Below, in pieces: positions 1 through 10,995 of a DNA stretch of 64,000 nucleotides. The DNA is from Camelus dromedarius (Eukaryota), in assembly GCF_036321535.1 (NCBI RefSeq), contig NC_087453.1, positions 15,004,001-15,068,000 of the forward strand, written 5' to 3'. Under the pieces are notes generated by a model. The model was given only the letters and a program-made list of their open reading frames with translations, was not told where the DNA came from and ran no database searches. Position 1 is the first letter of the stretch. Each line of letters opens with the position of its first letter. The position numbers and the translations under genes are program-made.

Positions 1-36
1 ATTGTATTGTGAGGATTAAACAGGATGAACTAAATC

Positions 37-177
37 AGTGGTTCTCAACTTTGGCTGCAAATAGAAATCACTGTGCTCTTGGCCAATACTGAGGCCTCGG
101 CTATTGAAATTGGAAAACAAAACAAACAAAAACCTCTCCAGGTGATTGTAATATGCACCCAAGGCTGAGAACTATGG
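37..177. mobile_element. MER5-family hAT-Charlie MITE remnant
   Basis: Starts CAGTGGTTCTCAA, carries ctccaggtgatt and ends gctgagaactatg, a degraded terminal inverted repeat pair typical of MER5. Confidence 0.7.
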
Positions 178-772
178 AGCCAAATAAAATGCTGGACATG
201 GCACAGGGCACATGCCAGGCGTTCAACCATGATTATCACTTTTTTTTTAAGATAGAGCACAAATTGTTTTCATTATTCTTTGTTAGACAGAAAAAAAAAA
301 CTTGATATAAAGACTGTTGCAGAAATTGGATTTCCGACAGGCTTGTTTCTGGAACGATGAATCGTCTGGGATTTGATGACGGTGGGGATGGGGAAGGCAA
401 ACTCTGGTGCTGTGACTTGTCCTAACACCCAACTGAGATGAACGAGGCCAGGACCACCCTGTTCTCACTTGAGGTTTATATCACCATCTCCGAGGTGTCT
501 TTCTTGTGTGCGGGCAGCATGGGTGCTTGCGTTTGCTCACTTCTGGGGATGAAGGCAATGTTCTCCTCTCCCTGGGTTCCCTGACTAGGTGGGCCTATAC
601 CACTGGCAGCTGTTTGTTTCTTGAGTGACCCATCAGTGCAGGTGGCGCTTCCTGCTTTCCTGGACGTGGTAGCCACGTGTGCTTTGTTAAGTTGCAAGAC
701 CCAATGATTATTTACTGTGCCCTACTGCTTTCTGGCTGGATGAACCCGGCGTGAAGTGAGAGTACCACTCAC

Positions 773-836
773 CCAGGCCTGAAGCCGTGACCACTTGTCA
801 TGGGCAGGAGTGGCTCCTTGACCACTCCTAGTGGCC
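773..836 (-). other. Candidate 64-nt internal (5'UTR) exon of the minus-strand gene
   Basis: Minus strand reads cctctgcctcccttcccaccttcaacAG|GGCCAC...GGCCTGG|GTGAGT: a pyrimidine tract with AG acceptor and a consensus donor. No transcript data. Confidence 0.4.
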
Positions 837-920
837 CTGTTGAAGGTGGGAAGGGAGGCAGAGGAACCTGCCCTGGCTCCCTCCAGGATGCAGGCTTGAG
901 TGGCAGGCAATTAATGTCTG

Positions 921-950
921 GTCAGATTTAGCAAATAGAAATAAAGGATG
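921..950. mobile_element. Detached 5' piece of MER53
   Basis: cagatttagcaaatagaaataaaggatg resembles the MER53 left end as recalled; AAATAAAGGATG is repeated at 1281-1292. Confidence 0.55.
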
Positions 951-991
951 ACCATCAGATCTACCCATCCAGGAGGGATGACTCCAGTGTC

Positions 992-1078
992 TTTTTTAAA
1001 AAATTGAAGTATAGTTGATTTACAGTATTGTGTGATTTACAGTATTACAGTATAGTTCTGGGTGTACAGCAAAGTGAT
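992..1078 (-). mobile_element. Artiodactyl-type L1 3'-end stub
   Basis: aaattgaagtatagttgatttaca...ggtgtacagcaaagtga, the same motif as the L1 ends at 25829 and 57590. Confidence 0.7.
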
Positions 1079-1084
1079 AATTTA

Positions 1085-1280
1085 AGAAATTATTTGCTAT
1101 ATTTGAATGCATTGAGAGAGGATGCTGGCAAAAAGTTTGGAGCTGAGCTGTGATAGGTACTCAGAAAATTAAACAAAAAGGAAAAGAGCTAGACAACGAT
1201 GACTCCAGGAAAAAAGGAAAGGAAATGAAATTAGAGTATATTACATGGTTGTCTGCAAATAAAGTCTATATAGTTATAAA
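1085..1280 (+). mobile_element. Old L1MC-type 3'UTR fragment
   Basis: ttatttgctatatttg...aaaggaaatgaaattagagtatattacatgg...tatatagttata resembles the recalled L1MC4/5 3' region. Confidence 0.5.
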
Positions 1281-1460
1281 AAATAAAGGATGCCCAATTA
1301 AATTTGAATTTCAGATGAATAACAAAAGGTTTTTTTAGTATAAGTATGTCCCCTGCCATACTGGGGACATACTTACACTAAAAAAATCATTTATTGGTAT
1401 CTGAAATTCAAATTTAACTAGATAGAATTTATTTTTATATGTTAAAATCTGGCAACCTTA
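1281..1460. mobile_element. MER53 palindromic hAT MITE (the family from which miR-1302 genes derive)
   Basis: Long inverted repeat visible directly: tagtataagtatgtcccc / ggggacatacttacacta and ttaaatttgaatttcagat / atctgaaattcaaatttaa; ends atctggcaacctta. Confidence 0.85.
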
Positions 1461-1747
1461 TGACTGGCCCAACAGCCAAGGAGTACCCAGCACATGAGGT
1501 ATGCTACTGGCAACAGCCTTGTGCTTAATGTTGCCACATTCAGCTTCCACCTGTCCCTGCCATGCTCCAGAACTGTGTGTGGCTCCCAGCTGCTTCCAGA
1601 GCACAACTTGGACTCCCTGGCTGCTGTGCTGGGCCTTGCCCTTCTGCCAGCCCAGCTGCCCTGCTTGGTCCCTTTCCCACCTCTGTTCCTGTTCCTGTTT
1701 TCCCTGCCTGGCATGTCTCCTGCCTACTCTGAGTAGCAACAGGAAAC

Positions 1748-1880
1748 ACTTAGTGAGCACCTACTGGGTGCAGGCAACATGCTGAGTTTCTCATTTGCAT
1801 TGTCTCATTTGTTTGGCACAAAAACCTAGTACAGTGGGGACAGCCTTTGTCCTATTTTACCAATGAAGAAACGGGTGCTC
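1748..1880 (-). mobile_element. MIR SINE fragment
   Basis: gagcacctact...cattgtctcattt...cctattttaccaatgaagaaac matches the reverse MIR core. Confidence 0.7.
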
Positions 1881-1885
1881 TAAGG

Positions 1886-2090
1886 TGTGATTCATAAAGC
1901 GTGGTCCCTGGGCCAGCAGCTGCAACATCACCCGGAAACTTGTTAGAAATGCATGCTCTCAGGCCCTACTCCAGACCCGCTGAATCAGAAACTCTGGAGG
2001 TGGGGCCCAGCAATCTGTATTTTAATAAGCTCCTCCCTCGCCCCTGCACCCAAGTGTTCCTGATGCCAACCCTGGCTTGAGACTTGCTGC
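1886..2090. mobile_element. MER5A
   Basis: gtggtccctgggccagcagc...catcacccggaaacttgttagaaatgca...gaatcagaaactctggaggtggggcccagcaatctgtattttaa. Confidence 0.85.
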
Positions 2091-2768
2091 TATGTGAGAT
2101 GAAGTGACCCAGGAGCCTCCCATCCAGGCAGAGATATAGAGGATGGCAGAGGAGCACCAGGTCAGGTGTTAGGATCATTCTGAGCCCTGTGCCTGGGGCA
2201 GGCACTGGAGATGCACTGGCCAGGTAGGGGGAGGGGGAGGGTAGGAAGAAGGAAAAGGAGAACAGACAGGCAGGCAGACAGTTGTGATGTACGGTGACCA
2301 GGGCACAGGTGGGCCAAGCCCAGGAGCCCATAGCAGGATGGGAGGCTCAAGGAAGGCTTTCCCGAGTAGATATCTGTATAAGCCTGAAAAAGATGTTGCA
2401 ATTAATTAGATGAAGAAGGGTGGGAACAGTGTCCCAGGTGTACTGACTAGTTTATACAAAGCCCTTGCGGAGCTACCTGGGGATAGTTCAGTCTGGAAGA
2501 GGGAAGGCGAGGCAAGGAGAGTGCAGGGCGAGGGAGGAATTGTGTCAGGTCCTCTGCCCTCAAAGCAAAGGAGGAAGCTTTGATGGCTATTGAGATAAAG
2601 CTCTCTGGCTTCCAGGTGGACCGAGCACTAGGGAACATTCTGTCGGGGACGGAGAGGCGGGTATCGGGGAGAGGGGAGGGGTGAGGAGAAACCCAAGTAG
2701 ATGGCAGGCCTCTCCCCGCCCCTGGGTTCAGGCTGCTTCTGCCCTCCAAGGTATCTGCAGACACTCAC

Positions 2769-2900
2769 CCCTCAGTCACAGCACTGGGCAGGTGGCGATT
2801 GGTTCCAAGGCTGGAGTTGCAGCATCCAAGGCCGGCTTCTTCCTGAGGTGGGGCTGGGAAGCGACCCGACCCCACCCACGATTCCCACCCTAACTACCCC
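2769..2900 (-). other. LPIN3: Probable non-coding first exon of the minus-strand gene (LPIN3 by synteny with ZHX3); 5' end approximate
   Basis: Donor GAGGG|GTGAGT at 2769/2768 lies downstream of clustered GC boxes. The identity is inferred from the head-to-head LPIN3-ZHX3 arrangement as recalled for human; no LPIN3 coding sequence is in the window. Confidence 0.5.
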
Positions 2901-2980
2901 CCGTGGCCCCGCCCTCTGCCGCCAGCCCGGCCCCTGGTCCCCGCCCCCCATCCCCCAACGCGCCCCACCCCCCACCCCGT
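2900..2980 (-). promoter_or_regulatory. GC-box-rich promoter of the minus-strand gene
   Basis: GGGGCGGGG-type Sp/KLF boxes on the minus strand near 2905-2913 and 2939-2949, local CpG enrichment and six G-runs. Confidence 0.6.
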
Positions 2981-3963
2981 TGCCGGCTGATGGAAGGCAG
3001 GCTCTGGGCTGCCGACCTGGGTTGCTTTACCCTTCCGTGTGCCCCTACCCTGCTGATGTGGCTAAGGCTGCCGTGCTACCGGGGCCTCTTCCAGCCTTTC
3101 AGGGACAGGCCCTGGATGTGGTCAGGGATCCCGGTTGCTGTCCCAGACTCCTGCCAGTCTAGCCATTGGTGCCAGCTGAGGACTGACCTGGCCTGGCCAG
3201 GTTGCCTGGCAATGCGGGCTGTGGCTGGGCAGTTCCTGCCTCCAACTACCCCTCCTGGAAAAACATCAGTTTGACCGAACCTTTTGGAACCCGTTTGCAA
3301 TTTCTAGTCTAGGGAAGAAAACTGAAAGATCATTAACCACTGTATGAAGCGGGGCTTTCTGGGTGTTCTAAAGTCCCCACAGGACTTACCAACTGTCCCG
3401 TGGCTGAACCTTCAGCAAGGGGACCTCCTAGTTTTCTTTTTATTTAGATAGACTTTCTGCCCCCACCTCCTCCATCTAGCATCCAGGGTCATATCTCATT
3501 ATGCTTTGCAATTCAAGGAAGGTCTAGCATGAATGTTCAAAATATTTAAATTTTGTTCATAAATAGAATGATAATAGATGTTCAGAAATACTGTTTAGAG
3601 ATCAGTTGATGCTGGGCCTTGAATTACATATAGATGGTGATATATAGGAGGGGCAGGGGCAGTCTAAGTGGGTGGAAGTGTTGAGTGAAGCCATGGATGC
3701 TGGAGAAAGCGAGGACAAGGAGGTGGCCTATCCGGCCTTGAAGATGGGGAAAACCAAGGGCATTGAGGAGCCACTTATGGCTGCTGACCAGAAGAGTGAC
3801 ACAGCATTACCAGTCACCGAGCCGAGCCTTTGTAAATGCTATAGTGCTGTTCTGCCCACCTTGTCCTCTCTACCTGGGCAGTGCTTCCCTCCCCCATCCA
3901 TGTAGTTAATGCCAACTCATGTTTTAGATTCTGGCTCCATTTTCCTTTCTCAGGGAGGTCTTC

Positions 3964-4528
3964 AGTGGCAGATATATGCTAAAGTAACTCCCTGTGTCCC
4001 CACTTCCTGATACTCATGCCTTTGTGTAATCCCTTCCTCTCCAGTATGAGTAGGGCCTGTGATGTGCTTTTAACCAACAGAATATGGCAAAGATGATGGA
4101 CTGTCACTTCCAAGATTATATTATATCATATAACTAGCAGACTAGCTCTGGAGACTCCCCTTGCTGACTCAATGAAGTAAACAGCCATGTTAGGGACACA
4201 CACATAGCAAGGAGCTATGAGTGGTCTCTAGGAGCTGTGGCAGCCTCCAGTTGACAGCCAGCAAGAAGCCACGGTCCTCAGTCCTATAGCCACAAGGAAA
4301 TGACTCTTGCCAAAAACCTGTGGGGGCTTGGAAGTGATTCCTCTCTAGTTGAGCCTCCAGATGAGAATGCAGCACAGCTGTCACCTTGATTGTAACCTTG
4401 TGAGTCCCTAAGCAGACGACCCAGCTAAGCCTAGACTTGGGACTCACAGAAACGGAGATAATAAATATATGTTGTTCAAGGGTCTAAGGTGGCAGTGACT
4501 TATTACACAGCAATCACTAATTAATACA
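3964..4528 (+). mobile_element. MLT1 (MaLR) solo LTR, MLT1E/F-like
   Basis: gtgtaatcccttcctc...aaccaacagaatatggcaaagatgatgg...agttgacagccagcaagaa...gagcctccagatgagaatgcagc...ttattacacagcaatcactaattaataca. Confidence 0.85.
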
Positions 4529-5069
4529 CCTTACATAGGCTCTCATAACATCATGTGCCTTTTCATCTTACTCTTCTATGTGACACTTTATTTATAGATA
4601 CCATTTGATGAATGCTGTGTCTTCATGAGCATACTTTTTGCTCATCCTTGTATCCCCAGAGCCTCACTGTGTGCCTGGCACTTGGAGGAAGACCCATAAT
4701 AAGTATTAGTTGCATGTGTGAGTAAGTGAACGCTCTTATTTAATCTTTACTCAACCTGGTGAAGTGGGAACCATTGTCACACATGAAGAAAAGGAAACCA
4801 ATTATTAATGTGTACTCAAAAGTAAATGGAACAACATGTTATTGTCTTATACTAAATAAAGTTTTGGTCATGCATGCCAAAAATATCCTAATTTTTCGTA
4901 TGACTAAAGAATAAATGATTTGGGAGCCAAGTGTAGATTGCATGGTATGACATCCTTCATGGAACAGTGCATTTTGTAAAAAAAAAAAAAAACAAAAAAA
5001 ACACAACCATCCAAAATAGTTTCTGGGCTTCTTTGGTTTTTCCAAAGCCTTCTCACAACCCTTTCTTGA

Positions 5070-5730
5070 ATCATTCTTCCAAAATTCCTGCCCTGCCACG
5101 GTCCCTTTCTAATACTTTCTAACCTCATCTTCTAATGCCATGGGTGCCTCCACCTGTCCTCCAATGTCACCCTCATCGACTTCACACATCCTATGTCTTT
5201 GGTAAATTTGCAGTTTCACTTTGTACTTAACTTGCTCTGGACCCTCAGAGGTCAAAGCCATCTGACAGTGGGAGGCCATTAAAACCAGAGTTAATTCTCG
5301 TTAGATCTCTGCTCAGGACCCTCCAGTGGTTCCCACACTCCTCACCACACCCCGACCCCCACTCAGTCTGCAGCCCCCACGGTCACCTCCTTGTGAATTT
5401 CAGGCACATCAGTCACGCTCGCCTTGCCCTGGAGGTTTCTGCTCAGAAGGCTCTTGCCCCAGATCCCCTTATGACCCAACCTCTTACCCACCTCAGGCCT
5501 ACTCAGATGACACATTTCTACTTTGACCACCCCACCCACTTTTCCCTCTTCTGCTCTTTTCCAGTACCACTCACCACCCACTCACATGCCATATCATTTA
5601 CTTATTTCTAATATTTGATATTTATCTGTCCCCTCCCATGAGAATGTAGGCCCCATGAAGTCAAGACATTTGTTCTGTCTTCACTGATACATCCCAAGAA
5701 TGGGGTCTGGCACAGTCTCCAGTAAAGAAG
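5070..5730 (+). mobile_element. L2 LINE 3' fragments
   Basis: ctgctcaggaccctccagtggttccc, gaatgtaggccccatgaag and gtcttcactgatacatccc are L2 3'-end motifs. Confidence 0.6.
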
Positions 5731-6128
5731 AGTGTCCACATCTTTGATGACCTTGCCTCTGCCTTGAAGTCTCCATCCCTTGCTTCTGGCCTATCTCCCC
5801 CTGGCATCTCTCCCCAGTACTCTGGACCCTGCGCAGGTGATATGATGTGTTGCTGGTATCTGCCTGACTCAGTAGGGCCTTCCTAGGGCGCTGGTATTTT
5901 GACCTTGCTGTGTCTCTGCCAAGTCTCCCGCTGGTGTGAAATGCTAAATTCCAGATTTTTAAATTTCTTTAAGGGTGAGAGAGTTAAAGAGGAAGGAACA
6001 AAGAGATGATGCGGCAAGCCATGGGAGAGGGTGGAAGGGAGAAGACAGTCACAGATTTTCCTGGGGTCCCCACCCAGTCAGCTTTCCAAGAGCCTTGAGG
6101 AGCAGCCAGCCGTGAGTGAGGGCTATGT

Positions 6129-6200
6129 GCCACGTATTCTGAGCCGGGGGCCACATATCCTGAGCTGGGGGCCACATATCTGACCTGGGGGCCACGTGGC
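6129..6200. repeat. 21-bp minisatellite, about 3.4 copies
   Basis: gccacgtattctgagccgggg / gccacatatcctgagctgggg / gccacatatc-tgacctgggg / gccacgtggc. Confidence 0.85.
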
Positions 6201-7082
6201 AGAAGCAGTGTCCCATTGAGTCATGGGACACACAGCCACAGTGCTTTGTAAAGTTTGGTACGTGGAGTATTTTTGTTTTTTACAGCCCAGCTGTCTGTGT
6301 AATGACTTCCTTCCCTCGGCCTTGTTCACCGAGGTGTCCCTGGGCGACCAGCTGAGTCACCACATTCCTTGCAGCTTAAAACACTGGCCCAAGCACAGGG
6401 GCCCGGTTCCTTCATGGAGGTGGGACCTTTGAAGGCAGCCAGGGAGTGCCGTGGAAAGGCAGACTACAGAGCTCCCACCTCTGACCTGCACCTCTCCCCA
6501 AAAACATGATTTCAAAAACAAGTGAAAATAGAAATTCCATCTGTTAAACACTAGGGAATGGCCCCAGCCATGTGCCTTAGACTGAAGTATTATTTGTCAG
6601 CAACCATAAAGTCAATACCAAATTGAGTGGGGGCGGGGTGGGGGTGGCACCAGGAACTGACGTCCGTGCCCTCGGTCTGTTGCAGTGGGAAGGGTGAGAA
6701 ATCCAAGCGAAGAGGCTGGGAGGAATGGAAACTTGCTCAGTGTTTCTGTAAAATAAGCAGGCAGTTTTCAGTAAAATGAAATAGGCATTGGGTACATGGT
6801 TCAGCAATCTTACTCTGTGAAATATATTTTAAAGCAAGTTTGCTCAGATCCTTAAGAAGACAGGGAAGAGGTTATTTATGACAGCCTTGTTCATGGCCTA
6901 GATGGGCAGGAGGCAGGGGGAGTGATGAAGGCATGAGTTAGTGAACCACGATGACTGCGTACCCTGAAATTCTGCACAGCCTTGAGAAACGACCCGTTAG
7001 ATGCACACCCAACAACGTGGATGGAACTTATAGTGTCAAGTGGGGGAAACAGTAAAAGAGATTTAAAGCACAAGACTGTCCC

Positions 7083-7220
7083 ATTTTTACTGAGGTATGA
7101 GTGAGGTACAATAAACCACATATATTTCAAGTGTACAATTTGAGTTTTAACATGTGTCGACACCCCTGAAACCATCACCAAAATCAAGCTAATGAGCATA
7201 TCCAGCTCCCCGCAAAGTAT
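7083..7220 (-). mobile_element. L1MB-type 3' stub
   Basis: tttttactgaggtatga...aagtgtacaattt...gaaaccatcaccaaaatcaagctaatgagcatatcc. Confidence 0.75.
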
Positions 7221-8490
7221 GAAGTAGACCTATATGGATTAAAGTGGACAGATGTTTAACATCCCTTAAGTTTAAAAAAAGTTCAACTGCGTGTAATATA
7301 ATCCCTTAGTTATAATAACAACAAAAAAAGTTTAGATACCCTGAAAAAATCTGGAAGAACATATACCAGTCTAAATTATGTTTGTTATTGGAAATCTTGC
7401 AAAAACTGCATGGCCCCATTGCACCTTGCACCCCAGAAATTGCCCATACCTGTTATTCCATGTCATGGTCTCCAGGTTTCCAATGGAGGTTTCACTCACT
7501 AGAAATTTGTCATTATGGCCTCCTAACTTCGAGTGACTTCATTAAAATGTCACCGAGGCCATCACAATGGACTTGGACAGAAGGGGTGCCTTCTGTATGT
7601 CGTCTTCTAAAGCTGTGTATTGTTTTCCCTTACACGTTTAAATCCGTAATCCAACAGAAATTGGTTTTGTTGTTTCTTGAATAAATGAAGTTAAATTGGA
7701 ATAACAGATCCCATGTATATACCCATTCATTCAAGAAATGTTTATTGAGTTTCTTCTGTGTGTCACGCCTTGTTTATTGTTTTACTTTTTATATTTAGGT
7801 CCATAATCCATCAGGAGCTGGCTTTTTTTTTTTTTTAGGAGTTGGCTTTTGAGTATGGTGTGAGATAGGATTCCAATGTCGTTTTTCCCATATGAATATT
7901 AACTTAACGCAATACTCCTTATACAAAAGTACACTGTTCTGCAATGCTTTCTTTATCATTAAACTATTTTTGAAGTATCTCTCTTCTGTCCATTGGTTTT
8001 TGTCTACTCTTGCGCAATACTATACTGTCTTAATTATTAGAGCTTTATTATGTCTTATTAACTGATAGATTAAATCTTCCCACCTTGTACTCCTTCAAGA
8101 GTACCTTAGCTGTCATTGGCTTTCTCCAGTTTAACATAAATTTTATGTTAGAATCATCTTGTCAGCTTCCATATGAAAGTCAACAGGATTGCTTTGAATC
8201 CATAGAGAGAGAATGATAGCTTTATGTACTGAGTCTCCCAATCTGTTAGCGTGGTGTTTCTCTGCATTATTCATTTGTTCTTTAATATCTACTAAAGTGT
8301 TTGTGGTTTCCTCCATGGAGGTTTTCCATGTCTTTTGTAAGATCCACCTGTAGGTACGTGGTTTTGGGGTTTTTTGGGTTTTTTTTGCTATTTTTTTCTG
8401 ACAATTAAAAACATTTTTTTTCTGACATTTGATGGAATATAGAAATAAGGTTGATTTTTGTATATTGATTTTGCAACCCAGAAGAGGGCC

Positions 8491-8626
8491 NNNNNNNNNN
8501 NNNNNNNNNNNNNNNNNNNNNNNNNNNNNNNNNNNNNNNNNNNNNNNNNNNNNNNNNNNNNNNNNNNNNNNNNNNNNNNNNNNNNNNNNNNNNNNNNNNN
8601 NNNNNNNNNNNNNNNNNNNNNNNNNN
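8491..8626. other. Assembly gap (N run); others at 9818-9973, 10541-10671, 48909-49044, 51451-51637, 51853-52066 and 52247-52394
   Basis: Runs of n in the sequence, nearly all inside L1 remnants. Confidence 0.98.
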
Positions 8627-9639
8627 TATTAGTTCTAAAATTTATTTGAGGTTCCTTAGGATTTTCTAGCTATACAATCATGTCATTTTGGAATAAAGAT
8701 AGTTTTGATTTTTCTTTCCTGTCTTTATAACTTTTTTTTTCTTTCCTTATTACTCTGGCTAAGACATCTAGTAAAATGCTAATTAGGGGTGGTGTTAGCT
8801 GATATCCTTGCTCTATTCCTGACTGTAGGAAGGAAAATGTTCAACATTATACCATTAAGGATGATGTTAGCTCTAGGGTTTTTTTCCTACATATCCTATA
8901 TCAGATTGAGGATGTTCCTTCCTGTTCTTATGTTGCTGAGAGTTTTTATTGTGAGTCGATTTTGAATTTTATCAAATGTTTTTTCAGCATCTATTCAGAT
9001 GATCAAATTATTTTTCCCTTTTATTCTGTTAATGTGGTTGGTCAGTTTTAAATGTTAAATCAATTTGCTTTCCTGGGATAAACTCCACTTGGTTGTGATT
9101 TAGTAGCCTTTTTATTTATTGCTGGATTTGATTTGGCTAATATTTTGTCAAGGGTTGTTGCATTTATGGTCATGAGAGAGATTGGTCTGTGATATTTTCT
9201 GTCTTTTTTTTTTTTTAAACCAGGTTTTGGTAGTAGGATTATGCTGACCTTATAAAATAAGTTGGGAACTGTTCCCTCTATTTTAATAGAGAATTTGTAT
9301 AAAATACGTATTATTTCTTATTTAAATCTTAGCTAGACTATTTCCATTATCTTTTAAATTTAGTCTTTATATTAAAGTATGTCTCTTGTAAGCATCATAT
9401 GGTTGAGTTTTGTTTTTTGTTTAAGTTCAACTTGTCAATCTTTTTCTTTTTATTAGAATATTTAGTCCACTCACATTTAACAAAATTACAGATGTGGTTT
9501 CAAACCATTTACCTCCGTAATCTTGTTGTTTCTCTTCTATTTGTCCTACCTGGGTTTTGTTCCTGTTTGCTTCCCCCCACCCCCTTCTTTGGATCAATCA
9601 AGTATTTTTTCATTATTCTATTTTATCTTCTCTACTCGA

Positions 9640-10140
9640 TTTTTTTAATTGTGGTAAAATACGCATAAAATTTACTATTTTAAAATGTACAGTTCACTAG
9701 TTTTAAGTACTTTCACATTTTTGTGCAACCAATCTTCAGAATGCTTTTCATCTTGCAAAACTGAAATACTTTATCTGTTACTCAGTAGCTTCCCATTCAT
9801 CCCTCCCCCCGAGTCCCNNNNNNNNNNNNNNNNNNNNNNNNNNNNNNNNNNNNNNNNNNNNNNNNNNNNNNNNNNNNNNNNNNNNNNNNNNNNNNNNNNN
9901 NNNNNNNNNNNNNNNNNNNNNNNNNNNNNNNNNNNNNNNNNNNNNNNNNNNNNNNNNNNNNNNNNNNNNNNNNCTTTCTTTTCAAGACTGAATAATATCC
10001 ACTATATATATATACACTACGTTTTGTTTTTCCGTTCATCTCTTGATGAACATTTGGGTTGCTTCTACCTTTTGGCAATTGTGACTAATGCTGCTATGAA
10101 CATGAGTGTATAAGGATCTCTTTGAGACCCTGCTTTTAAT
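9640..10140 (-). mobile_element. L1MB-type 3' end (spans a gap)
   Basis: ttttaattgtggtaaaatac...aaaatgtacagttcac...ttcatcttgcaaaactgaaa...gatgaacatttgggttgcttctacc. Confidence 0.8.
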
Positions 10141-10719
10141 TTCTTTCCCATTGGATTTTTAGGCAAACCATTATATGTATATATATTATATACACACATA
10201 TATATATATATTATATATGTATATTTAAGTGCTTACTTTCAAGATTATAATATGCATTCTTAACTTATTGCAGCATGACTTGAATTAGTACTTCATAATT
10301 TTCTACACAATGTAAGAACCTTTTAACAGTGCAATTCCTTTTACTGCTCCCACCTTCTGTGCTATTTTTGGTTACACATTTTACTTCTGCATGTCACAAA
10401 TCCACAATACACTGTTGCTGTTGCTTTAAATAGTAATTTATTTTATTTTTATTTTTTGAGGTTAATTTGTGCTTTTATTTGCCAGTATAACTTAACTACA
10501 GTGGCTTGCAAAATTTTGACCTAAAAAAATACATTTTACANNNNNNNNNNNNNNNNNNNNNNNNNNNNNNNNNNNNNNNNNNNNNNNNNNNNNNNNNNNN
10601 NNNNNNNNNNNNNNNNNNNNNNNNNNNNNNNNNNNNNNNNNNNNNNNNNNNNNNNNNNNNNNNNNNNNNNNGCCCAAAATGTCTACCCTAACACTGAGTG
10701 TTCTTGTTTTTAATTTTAG

Positions 10720-10995
10720 TATGTTTTTTGGGGACCAGTTTTAGGTTTACAACAAAATTGACAGGAAGGTACATAAATTTCCCATATATCCCCTCTCCAC
10801 ACACATGCATAGTCATTAGTTTTATTTACCAGAGTGGTACTTCTTTTTTTAACTAAGGATGAACCTACATTGATACATCATAATCACCAAAGTCCTCAGT
10901 TCACCTTAGTTTGGACAAAAGTATAATGACATATATATCCATCGTTATAATGTCATACAAAGTATTTTCACTGCCCTAAAAAACTTCTGTCCTCC
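10720..10995 (-). mobile_element. L1MC1-like 3' fragment
   Basis: cagttttaggtttacaacaaaattga...agagtggtac...gatgaacctacattgatacatcataatcacc...ttcactgccctaaaa. Confidence 0.8.

Noticed and set aside
476-697. 73-aa minus-strand ORF that looks protein-like
   Set aside because: It starts at TTG, has an in-frame TAG a few codons upstream, has no pyrimidine-rich acceptor and resembles no lipin segment I know.
1085-1285. Processed-pseudogene interpretation (AATAAA followed by an A run before the duplicated 12-mer)
   Set aside because: The sequence resembles an internal part of the old L1MC 3'UTR; the AATAAA appears incidental.
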